From Kiritimatiellia bacterium (GTDB taxonomy: Bacteria > Verrucomicrobiota > Kiritimatiellia > RFP12 > UBA1067), in assembly GCA_017521065.1 (NCBI GenBank), contig JAFXEA010000519.1:1-42202 (forward strand): a DNA stretch of 42,202 nt. The letters are read 5' to 3'. Both the position numbers and the translations under genes were made by a program. The notes beneath the pieces were generated by a model. The model was not told the origin of the DNA. It did no database searches and saw only the letters and a program-made list of their open reading frames with translations. Below are positions 1 to 6,882 of this stretch, piece by piece; positions within the stretch are counted from its first letter, which is position 1; every line of letters starts with the position of its first letter.

Positions 1-225
1 GCCTTGAGGCGGAAGAAGCGGGCGAAGGAGGACGAGGCCGGATTGAAAATGATCCTGTAATCCCGCGGCGCCGGCTAGGCGACGGCATGCGTGCGGTGGA
101 AGCCGCCGGAGAAGCCCGTCTTGTCGGCGTCGGTCGCGGCAACCTAGACCGTGCGCCCGCCGAGGATCTGGGCGTTCGCGATGCTCTTGGCGCCCTGTTT
201 ACCCGAAAGTCTCCGCAAGGTTACA

Positions 226-1383
226 CTACCGCGCAATCTTCCCCGACTGCGCAAAGTTGATGAATCTTCCGCCGCCCCTGAGAGGCCAATCGTCGCCGGC
301 GTAAATGACATCGCACGACTCGATATCCTCCGAACGGCGCCGCAGCTTGTCCATCCCGTCCGCAAACGAGGCGTTGGGCGTCATGGAACTTTTTATCTCG
401 TAGAGCCTGAGCCGCCTTTCGTGCTCGACGACAAGATCCACCTCCAGTCCGGCATTGTCGCGGAAATACCAGAACGTGTCGGCGGAATGACGGTTGAACT
501 TCCCCTTCAGCGCCTCCATGACAACCATGTTCTCGAAAAGCCCGCCCAGCAGCGGATCCCGGGCGGCCACTCCCGGCGACGTGATGCCTAGCAGCCACGA
601 GGCAAGCCCGACATCCGCAAAATATACCTTTGGGGACTTCACAAGCCGCTTTCCGAAGTTCCTGTAGTACGGCTGAAGATGGAAAATCACAAAGCTCGCC
701 TCCAGTACGGACATCCACCGCCTCAGCGTCTTGGCGTCAACTCCCACATCCCCCGAAAGCGACTGGAAGTTGACCACCTGTCCGACCCTGCCGGCAAGCA
801 GACGCACAAACGTCTCGAATGCCGACTGGTTCTCGACCTGGACAAGCTGCCGTACATCGCGCTCGACGTACGTCCGGTAATACTCCTCGTTGGCCGTTGA
901 GGCGTCCAAGCCGTCTCCGTAGATGCGCGGAAGGAATCCTTTGCATATCGCCTCGTCCCTGGAGAGTGAAATTCCGTGCGCCGCCAGTTCCTCAAGTGAA
1001 AACGGCAGGAGCGTGACAAGCGCCGTTCTTCCAGCCAGCGACTGCGATATTTTCTCGCGGAGCAGCGGCTGATGCGACCCGGTGAGTATGAACGCGCCTT
1101 TCCGGCCCGACTCGTCCACCCTGACCTGAATCCAACTCAAGAGTTCCGGAACGCGCTGAACCTCGTCTATGACCATCGGCTCGCGATGCAGCGAGAAGAA
1201 TCCTTCCGGATCGTCGGCGGCGAGACGCCGTTCCTTCGGATTCTCCAGATTCACGTACTCGTATTCTCCAAATACATGGCGCACGAGCGTGGTCTTGCCG
1301 CTCTGCCTCGGCCCGAACACGGTAACGACAGGATGCGTCCTGACAGCATCTTTCAGTTGGCTTTCTATCGACCTTCTTATCAT
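226..1383 (-). CDS. AAA+ ATPase, AAA_14/DUF4143 family (385 aa)
   Basis: ATG at 1383. Walker A 'GPRQSGKTT' and Walker B-like 'MVIDEVQ'. Layout typical of AAA_14 + DUF4143 ATPases. Paralogue of 4259-5494. Confidence 0.85.
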   Translation of the reverse strand: MIRRSIESQLKDAVRTHPVVTVFGPRQSGKTTLVRHVFGEYEYVNLENPKERRLAADDPEGFFSLHREPMVIDEVQRVPELLSWIQVRVDESGRKGAFILTGSHQPLLREKISQSLAGRTALVTLLPFSLEELAAHGISLSRDEAICKGFLPRIYGDGLDASTANEEYYRTYVERDVRQLVQVENQSAFETFVRLLAGRVGQVVNFQSLSGDVGVDAKTLRRWMSVLEASFVIFHLQPYYRNFGKRLVKSPKVYFADVGLASWLLGITSPGVAARDPLLGGLFENMVVMEALKGKFNRHSADTFWYFRDNAGLEVDLVVEHERRLRLYEIKSSMTPNASFADGMDKLRRRSEDIESCDVIYAGDDWPLRGGGRFINFAQSGKIAR

Positions 1384-1393
1384 GGCGACTGGA

Positions 1394-1402
1394 ATTATAG
1401 CA
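1394..1402 (-). promoter_or_regulatory. Extended -10 promoter element TGCTATAAT (minus strand)
   Basis: Plus strand reads attatagca. It lies only about 10 nt upstream of ATG 1383, so the mRNA is near-leaderless. The context AAAATGCTATAAT matches the one at 5519-5527. Confidence 0.45.
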
Positions 1403-2044
1403 TTTTTACATATCCGGCATCAAGTGCCTATTTTGTAAAAACGCTAAACTGGCAGCGGTTCGACATTCCAGAGCCAGTATCGCTCGGCGTGAGGATTTTT
1501 CCAACCGAGTTCAATCATATTGGCCCGCCCCACCTCGCCTGAGAACCGCGTGATCCGAAACCGCCGGACCGCCTCGCCACCCCCGGCGCGCACGAAAGAC
1601 ATGACAAACGCGACGATGACGACCGGGACTTTTTCGGCATAAAGCGTCTCGTCGCCGAGCGCGGCTTGCCTTTGGCGCGCGGGCTAACTCGTCCGCGCCC
1701 ATTTGCCGATCCTCAAACTGTCCCGATAGACTGTTCAAGGTGCGTCCGCAGGATCATGTTGTTCTTGAAAGTTGTCTTGGTTGTTTCCATTCACAATGCG
1801 CATGGGTGAAAAACGCGCCCTTGATGATGCCGTTTTCGCCTCTTGCATCGGAGACGGCATCTATCTGTGGTATAAAAGAGGACGCACGAGAACGAAAACA
1901 CGTGTCGCCAGCCGGTAAGCCGATTGAGGTGTAACCTGGCTTCGAAGACGAGGCAGGCAAGCTTCATGACGGGCGCATCAAGGCCAACGGCAACATCTAC
2001 GAAGTGAAATTCCTCGAAGGCGGCACCGCCGAAGTGCGCCGCAA

Positions 2045-2467
2045 CTACCAGGGCTGTCTCGCCTTCAGACGGAGCAACGACGATCCCGTGTAGGCGATTT
2101 TGAGTCCAGAAAAATCATCGTAGATGTTCTTGATGATCCTCTGCCAATCCTTGACGTAGTGGACTTCGTCCAGCACAAGCCGTGTTCCGCCGTGCTGGAG
2201 ATGGTATTCAGCCAAAAGATATATTTCCTTTACGTCCAGCCACACGTTGTCGAGCGACAAATAAAGCGACATGTCCCGCTCCACACCGCTTTCGAGGATT
2301 TTTTGAAGCAGAAGCGTTGTTTTCCCGACGCCACGCGCGCCGCGCAGACCGATCAACCGACAGTCCCAATTGATGTCGTTGTAGGCATAACGCTTTAGTG
2401 CAAGCGACGTCTCGGATATCTTGTCTGAAGATATCCGATAGATCCTTTCGATGTCCTCGTCTGTCAT
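2045..2467 (-). pseudogene. Truncated AAA_14-family ATPase (N-terminal ~140 aa only)
   Basis: GGAGGT RBS 6 nt before ATG 2467. Walker A 'GLRGARGVGKTTLLLQ' and Walker B 'LVLDEVH' match the full-length paralogues. The ORF stops after about 140 aa (full-length copies here are 385-411 aa), where the DNA switches to unrelated GC-rich sequence. Confidence 0.6.
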
Positions 2468-2550
2468 AAGCGCACCTCCAGTTTCAGAAAGAATCTCCAC
2501 CTTCTCGTTTTGCCCCGAATTTAGAATCTGGAGATTCTTTTGATGGTCGT

Positions 2551-2559
2551 ATTCTATCA
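2551..2559 (-). promoter_or_regulatory. Extended -10 element TGATAGAAT (minus strand)
   Basis: Plus strand reads attctatca, about 85 nt upstream of ATG 2467. Confidence 0.35.
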
Positions 2560-2589
2560 AAACTCATTTGTGGAAAGCAACTATAAAAT

Positions 2590-3219
2590 CTAAAGCTCTG
2601 CGAAGGAATCGATGATGCGGTCGGCGCCGGCGGACTGGAGGGTCGCACGTGGATTGGTGGTCGTGATGGCGACGACGCGCATGCCGGCGGCGTGCGCGGA
2701 CTGAATGCCGGCGACGGCGTCTTCGAAGACGGTACATCCGGCGGGAGCGACGCCGAGGAGCGCGGCCGCGCGGAGGTAACAGTCGGGCGCGGGCTTCGAG
2801 TGGCTGTACTGGGTCGGGTCCACCACACAGCGGAAGTCGCGGCGGAGGTCAAGCCCATCGAGGAGGAAGTCGATGTTTTGCTGCGGCGCGCCGGTGGCCA
2901 CGCCGCAGGGGATGCCGTCGGCGTGCGCACGGTCGAGGAACGCACGAAGGCCGTCCGGGATGCGCAGATGGGGAGCGTAGAGCTCGCGGTAGAGCGATTC
3001 CTTCTCGTCTTCAAGGGCGGCCAGCTCGTCATCCGCGACGGGACGCCCCAGCAGGCGTTCCATGTACACCCGGTTGGCCGCGCCCATCCATTCGAGCACC
3101 TGCTCGTCCGTCAGCGCGAAGCCATGTCTTTCCGAAAAGACGCGCCATGCCAGCACATGGTAGCGGCAGTTGTCCGCCAGCACGCCGTCCATATCAAAGA
3201 TGTATGCCTTTTCACTCAT
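2590..3219 (-). CDS. HAD-IA family hydrolase (beta-phosphoglucomutase-like), ~209 aa
   Basis: ATG at 3219 (the ORF-track start at 3225 is TTG). HAD motif I 'FDMDGVL', plus 'VATGAP' and 'FEDAVAGIQSAHAAGM'. Confidence 0.85.
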   Translation of the reverse strand: MSEKAYIFDMDGVLADNCRYHVLAWRVFSERHGFALTDEQVLEWMGAANRVYMERLLGRPVADDELAALEDEKESLYRELYAPHLRIPDGLRAFLDRAHADGIPCGVATGAPQQNIDFLLDGLDLRRDFRCVVDPTQYSHSKPAPDCYLRAAALLGVAPAGCTVFEDAVAGIQSAHAAGMRVVAITTTNPRATLQSAGADRIIDSFAEL

Positions 3220-3226
3220 GGGCAAT

Positions 3227-3235
3227 AGTATACCA
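3227..3235 (-). promoter_or_regulatory. Extended -10 element TGGTATACT, 7 nt from ATG 3219 (leaderless candidate)
   Basis: Plus strand reads agtatacca. No room for an RBS before the start codon. Confidence 0.45.
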
Positions 3236-3251
3236 TTTCACGCGCAAACGC

Positions 3252-3277
3252 GGTAGGGCGCGCTCGCCGAGCGCGCC
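3252..3277. repeat. REP-like GGTAGGGCG motif with a perfect 10-bp-stem hairpin
   Basis: ggtagggcg at 3252-3260. ggcgcgctcg (3257-3266) pairs with cgagcgcgcc (3268-3277). Confidence 0.6.
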
Positions 3278-3347
3278 GCCCTCAAAATGACTAACCGTCC
3301 AAGGCCCTCAATCTTTTCTCCTCCTCAAGGACAGACGGCAAAGGCTG

Positions 3348-3416
3348 TAGAACTGACAAAGCCGAACCTGCGATATCTTAATTAAAAGTCCTGCTCTACC
3401 GTTGAGCGACAGTCCG
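3348..3416 (-). pseudogene. Degenerate tRNA-Lys(UUU)-like remnant
   Basis: The minus strand reads ...GCTCAACGGTAGAGC-A-GGACTTTTAAT...TCGCAGGTTCG... It has an intact D-arm, a CTTTTAA anticodon-loop-like heptamer and the start of a T-arm (GCAGGTTCG). The anticodon stem and T stem do not pair. Confidence 0.3.
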
Positions 3417-3590
3417 AGAACGTCGCTGACGGGATTGTTCAGCTCGTCCCGCAGGAGCTTGTCGTCCTTGAGGAGTGCGTGGTAAGGGCGTTACGGGAAC
3501 AGAAGCGACGACCAGTACAGCGTATCGACAAGAGCAACTGGTCTTTTCAACGCGCATGGGTGTCCCGTCCATTATCGCGTTATCACTTCA

Positions 3591-3848
3591 TCACTTCTCA
3601 TGGCGCCGCGTAGGGGAGTAGGGACAGCCCGAGCCATTGGATGTCGAGCCGCACCAGATACACTTGTTGCCGCCGGGGCCGTGTCGATGCAGACGGTCCG
3701 GGCCGTACGCGCAACCGTGTCCGTAACTTGATGAGCCGCACCATTCGCAGTGCTTCTCGTCGTCGCGATGCTCGTGAAGACGGTCCGGGCCGTACGCGCA
3801 ACCGTGTCCGTAACTCGTTGAACCGCAATGTCTGCATTTTGTCGCCAT
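3591..3848 (-). CDS. Small Cys/His-rich protein with three tandem C-x2-CGS-x-S-x-G-x-GC-x-Y-x-P-x-R-x-H modules (~85 aa)
   Basis: ATG 3848 is preceded by AGGAAA. The protein is 'MATKCRHCGSTSYGHGCAYGPDRLHEH...CEWCGSSSYGHGCAYGPDRLHRH...CIWCGSTSNGSGCPYSPTRRH'. A 38-bp perfect DNA repeat occurs at 3691-3728 and 3778-3815, with an 87-bp period. Confidence 0.6.
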   Translation of the reverse strand: MATKCRHCGSTSYGHGCAYGPDRLHEHRDDEKHCEWCGSSSYGHGCAYGPDRLHRHGPGGNKCIWCGSTSNGSGCPYSPTRRHEK

Positions 3849-3870
3849 CTCTAGTTTCCTTTCGCCGCAT

Positions 3871-3879
3871 ATTATACCA
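3871..3879 (-). promoter_or_regulatory. Extended -10 element TGGTATAAT (minus strand)
   Basis: Plus strand reads attatacca, about 22 nt upstream of ATG 3848. Confidence 0.5.
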
Positions 3880-3938
3880 AACAGCTTCTCTTCGCGCCAT
3901 ACTTCCGCATGAGCCAATTCCAATCCCCAATTGAAAAT

Positions 3939-3979
3939 TGGCAACATTGGAACTGGCAACATTTCCACATTGGCAACAC
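3939..3979 (-). promoter_or_regulatory. Three direct repeats (A/G)TGTTGCCA upstream of the 3871 promoter (candidate operator or activator sites)
   Basis: tggcaacat at 3939-3947 and 3954-3962; tggcaacac at 3971-3979. Spacing is 15 and 17 bp. Confidence 0.4.
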
Positions 3980-3980
3980 T

Positions 3981-4225
3981 TCCGCCCCCGCCTTCGCGCG
4001 CTGCTGCTTCCGCATCGCCTGGTAGGGCGCGGACTCCGGCCGCGCCGCCTGGTAGGGCGAGCGCACACGCTTGCGCGCCCTTCGGGTTGCCTTCGGCAAT
4101 GTTCCCTCCGAGGCTTCGCCTCTTCGGTGCATGTCCTCGGCGAGCCGCCGCCTTGTCTTCACGAGTCCCATGACATCACCTCTCGCGCTACTGCATCAAT
4201 CCTACTGTGTCAATGGGGTCCCTAT
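3981..4225. repeat. Intergenic repeat family, copy A (long form)
   Basis: The left end ccccgccttcgcgcgctgctgcttc.gcatcgc and the right core cttgtcttcacgagtcccatgacatcacctctcgc..ctactg.atcaat are shared with copy C. The core is also shared with copies B and D. The interior carries two GGTAGGGCG motifs (4021-4029, 4051-4059). Confidence 0.7.
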
Positions 4226-4258
4226 GCCCCCCTCGCGATTCCTCGCGACTCTGGCTCC

Positions 4259-5494
4259 CTATCCAAGGAGCCATTCCCGGGCAGTCACTACTTTGATTGT
4301 AACGCCGTCTTCCGAAATCGTGTCGTGGTCGTGGTCGGTTATCAGCAGCAGGTCTTTGCACCCTGTCTTCTTGGCAACGGAGATAAGCGGATCAACCTCG
4401 CGTTTCCTCGTCTTTACGCCATCTATGGTGTATGCGACCTGTACGAACTGGACTATCTTTCCATGCCTCACGCGGCAGAAGTCTATGTCACTCGTCTGGT
4501 CCTTGTAATAGTATATCTCCGCGTCGTCGTCCGTCCTCCGTCTCAGGAGCTCGAGATAGACGATGTTTTCAAGCCGCCAGCCAAGCTCCTCGTCCGAGCC
4601 GAGCACGCCGGTGAAGTACGAGATGAACGCCGGGTCCGACACATACAGTTTCTCGTTGCGTATGCGCTCCGCCGGCTTCGCCGAATACCGGCGGACGAGC
4701 GAGACGAGATACGATTCGACCAGGTACCCCATGTAAGTCTGCATCGTGTGCGCGCTCGAGATTCCGGCCTTACGCGCCAGTCCGTCATACGACACCTCCC
4801 GCGAAAACTGCTGCATCAGCACGTATGCCGCGTCAATGAACCGCTGCGCGTTCCTCACTTTGCGGCGACCTAGGATGTCCTTGGAGAGAATGGAATTGTA
4901 CAATGCGGACACATATCCTCTTTGGTCGGACAGGGCGAACGTCTCTGGTAGTCCGCCGTTGAAAAAGTATTTCTTCCACGCCGCCTCCGAGTCGCCGCCG
5001 TTCCACGCGCAGTACTCCGCGTACGAAAAAGGGAACACCGATATGGGGACGTGTCGCCCCGTCAGATGCGTCGCAAGGTCACCTGTGAGGAGGCGGGCGT
5101 TCGAGCCGGTTATCACGACATGCTTGCCGATCCGCAGCAGCCTGTTCACAAACAGATGCCACCCCTCGACATTCTGTATCTCGTCAAAAAGGAAATGATC
5201 AACATTGCCATATACCTCGTAAACCGCCTGAAGAACGTCGTCCAACTCGGAAGCCTCGATCTTGGCGAGCACTTCGTCGTCAAAGTCAACGTATCCGTAC
5301 GCGACAGACGAATCCCTCATTGCCTTTCGGCAGACAACGGATTTCCCAGATCGCCTCATGCCAACGACCGCCTGTGCCAACGAACTGTTGACTTCAACCT
5401 TTCCCATAGGCGCTCGCTCGAGCATCTTCTCTGCCTGAAGACGCTCAAGTTCAAGTTTCTGCTCCTGTATGGCCTTTTTCAGACTTCTGCCCAT
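4259..5494 (-). CDS. AAA+ ATPase, AAA_14/DUF4143 family (411 aa)
   Basis: AAGGAGG RBS before ATG 5494. Walker A 'GMRRSGKS' and Walker B 'LFDEIQ'. The C-terminal half resembles DUF4143 proteins. Confidence 0.85.
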   Translation of the reverse strand: MGRSLKKAIQEQKLELERLQAEKMLERAPMGKVEVNSSLAQAVVGMRRSGKSVVCRKAMRDSSVAYGYVDFDDEVLAKIEASELDDVLQAVYEVYGNVDHFLFDEIQNVEGWHLFVNRLLRIGKHVVITGSNARLLTGDLATHLTGRHVPISVFPFSYAEYCAWNGGDSEAAWKKYFFNGGLPETFALSDQRGYVSALYNSILSKDILGRRKVRNAQRFIDAAYVLMQQFSREVSYDGLARKAGISSAHTMQTYMGYLVESYLVSLVRRYSAKPAERIRNEKLYVSDPAFISYFTGVLGSDEELGWRLENIVYLELLRRRTDDDAEIYYYKDQTSDIDFCRVRHGKIVQFVQVAYTIDGVKTRKREVDPLISVAKKTGCKDLLLITDHDHDTISEDGVTIKVVTAREWLLG

Positions 5495-5518
5495 GTCAAT
5501 CCTCCTTGGAACACCGAT

Positions 5519-5527
5519 ATTATAGCA
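5519..5527 (-). promoter_or_regulatory. Extended -10 element TGCTATAAT (minus strand)
   Basis: Plus strand reads attatagca, about 25 nt upstream of ATG 5494. Confidence 0.5.
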
Positions 5528-5540
5528 TTTTCAGTCACCC

Positions 5541-5592
5541 TATTGCAATAACCCATACCACTTAATGCAATAAGCACCCCTCTATTGCAACA
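5541..5592. promoter_or_regulatory. Three TTGCAAT-type sites phased about 21 bp apart, upstream of the 5519 promoter
   Basis: Perfect palindrome tattgcaata at 5541-5550, ttaatgcaataa at 5562-5573 and tctattgcaaca at 5581-5592. A further attgcaat lies near 6470. Confidence 0.4.
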
Positions 5593-5621
5593 AACGCTAT
5601 CGTAAGCTGACGACCTTCGAT

Positions 5622-5670
5622 CTTGTCTTCACGAGTCCCATGACATCACCTCTCGCATTACTGTATCGAT
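5622..5670. repeat. Intergenic repeat family, copy B (core only)
   Basis: cttgtcttcacgagtcccatgacatcacctctcgcattactgtatcgat is near-identical to the copy A core. Confidence 0.7.
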
Positions 5671-5807
5671 AGATTTTTCAAGAACGGCTTCACAATCTCT
5701 TAATCAGCCGTTGGATCCCCGCGATTGCTTCTCCAGGGGCAATCTGAAGCCAATTCGCCTTCGCATTGTTCAACCGACGCAAGAACGGGCGTGCGGTAAA
5801 AACAATA

Positions 5808-6350
5808 TCAATAAACCTCCGAATCGATTATCGTCAGGATGCGATCCTTGTGGGGAAACGCCACGGCGTATTCGCCAAGCTTCGACGAGTCCAGTCGGTC
5901 CTGGTTGGCGCGATACCAGAGGACAATCTCCTTGTAGAGGTCGGCGGGCATCAGATTCTTCATCCGCGCCGTCTCCACCAGAAGCCGCTCAAGATCGTAG
6001 ATGCGCAACCGCTCTCCCTCATAGTCATACTCCGTCGCGCCGACCATGAGCGCCCCGGCTGGCACATACAGCTGGCGGACGGTCGGGTCGCTGATACGGG
6101 GAGCGTTGTCCGCCGTGACAAGGACATACTGCTCCGGCACCTCGTCCGTCATGTCATAATAGTAGTACGCGCTGTCCAAGGACAGCACCGACTTCGGATA
6201 CCGCGCCTGCAGCACTTCAATCTCGCTCTCCTCGCCGCTCTCCGAATAGACCCCTGGCGCCATCTTAAACAAACGCCCCTCGCGAACCGCCTTCTCGATT
6301 TGATAAGGCGATCCGAAGCGCTCTTTGCAGTCTGAAAATCTCAACAACAT
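5808..6350 (-). CDS. AbiEi-type antitoxin / wHTH regulator domain protein (180 aa), orphan
   Basis: ATG at 6350. The N-terminal 'AVREGRLFKMAPGVYS' fits the AbiEi wHTH signature (G-x-L-x-x-x-x-x-GVY), and the size is about right. No nucleotidyltransferase ORF lies downstream. Confidence 0.6.
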   Translation of the reverse strand: MLLRFSDCKERFGSPYQIEKAVREGRLFKMAPGVYSESGEESEIEVLQARYPKSVLSLDSAYYYYDMTDEVPEQYVLVTADNAPRISDPTVRQLYVPAGALMVGATEYDYEGERLRIYDLERLLVETARMKNLMPADLYKEIVLWYRANQDRLDSSKLGEYAVAFPHKDRILTIIDSEVY

Positions 6351-6400
6351 CTTTAAACCATTCCTATGACCCGATTCAACCCGGTCATTTGTTTGGTCTA

Positions 6401-6409
6401 ATTATACCA
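6401..6409 (-). promoter_or_regulatory. Extended -10 element TGGTATAAT (minus strand)
   Basis: Plus strand reads attatacca, about 50 nt upstream of ATG 6350. Confidence 0.45.
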
Positions 6410-6599
6410 CAGGCCCCCGTACCCGTCAATCCATGCAATTCCCCTAGCCATTCCGCGCTACTTCACGCATTGCAATATGTGACGTAGCGGGTATACAGGG
6501 GAAGCGCTACAAGTTTGGGGGAAGGGACTTCGTGTGGGAAGGTTTTAAAGCTTGTTGAAAAACCGGCGCGCACTTCCGCGCTGGTTTGGGCGTTGGCAG

Positions 6600-6785
6600 T
6601 TTCATCCCCGCCTTCGCGCGCTGCTGCTTCTGCATCGCTCGGCACTCGCTCCGCTCGGCGTGTTCGCTTCCCTATGGGTCGCGAACCCCCGCAAGGGGCG
6701 GATACGCAAGCCTTCTTGTTTTCATAAGTCCCATGACATCACCTCTCATGCTGCTGTATCAATGCTACTGCATCAACGGGGTCTG
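6600..6785. repeat. Intergenic repeat family, copy C (long form)
   Basis: Same left end (6605-6637) and same core (6714-6785) as copy A. The interior differs. Confidence 0.7.
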
Positions 6786-6796
6786 ACCCTTGGGAG

Positions 6797-6835
6797 CTCC
6801 ATGACATCACTTCTCGCGCGTACTTGTATCAATAA
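6797..6835. repeat. Intergenic repeat family, copy D (partial core)
   Basis: ctccatgacatcacttctcgcgcgtacttgtatcaat matches the 3' half of the core. It directly abuts the 3' end of the island operon. Confidence 0.6.
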
Positions 6836-6882
6836 ACTGTGTTAAAAATAGCCCCCCACGTATTCCGCGCAAGTTCCAACCA

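Noticed and set aside
1-225. Possible 3' end of a plus-strand gene (frame ending TAA at 58-60) and a minus-strand fragment (...VAATDADKTGFSGGFHRTHAVA*)
   Set aside because: They are too short, interrupted by stops, and carry no recognisable motif. That is not enough to call a feature.
3939-3979. Sigma-54 promoter (TGGCA...TTGC) at the TGGCAAC repeats
   Set aside because: The spacing and the -12 element do not fit TGGCAC-N5-TTGCW on either strand. The sites are better explained as direct-repeat operator or activator sites upstream of an extended -10 promoter.
3872-4171. 99-aa minus-strand ORF starting MGLVKTRRR..., and the related short frames in repeat copies B and C
   Set aside because: The frame is conserved only for the first ~7 codons across copies. 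After that it runs through REP-like hairpins and, in copy A, on into the upstream regulatory region of the next gene. It is more likely part of a non-coding repeat, although a leader peptide cannot be excluded.
3938-4873. 311-aa plus-strand ORF
   Set aside because: It is antisense to the well-supported AAA ATPase gene and runs through the repeat element. Its composition is low-complexity Arg/Leu/Pro, typical of antisense frames in GC-rich DNA.
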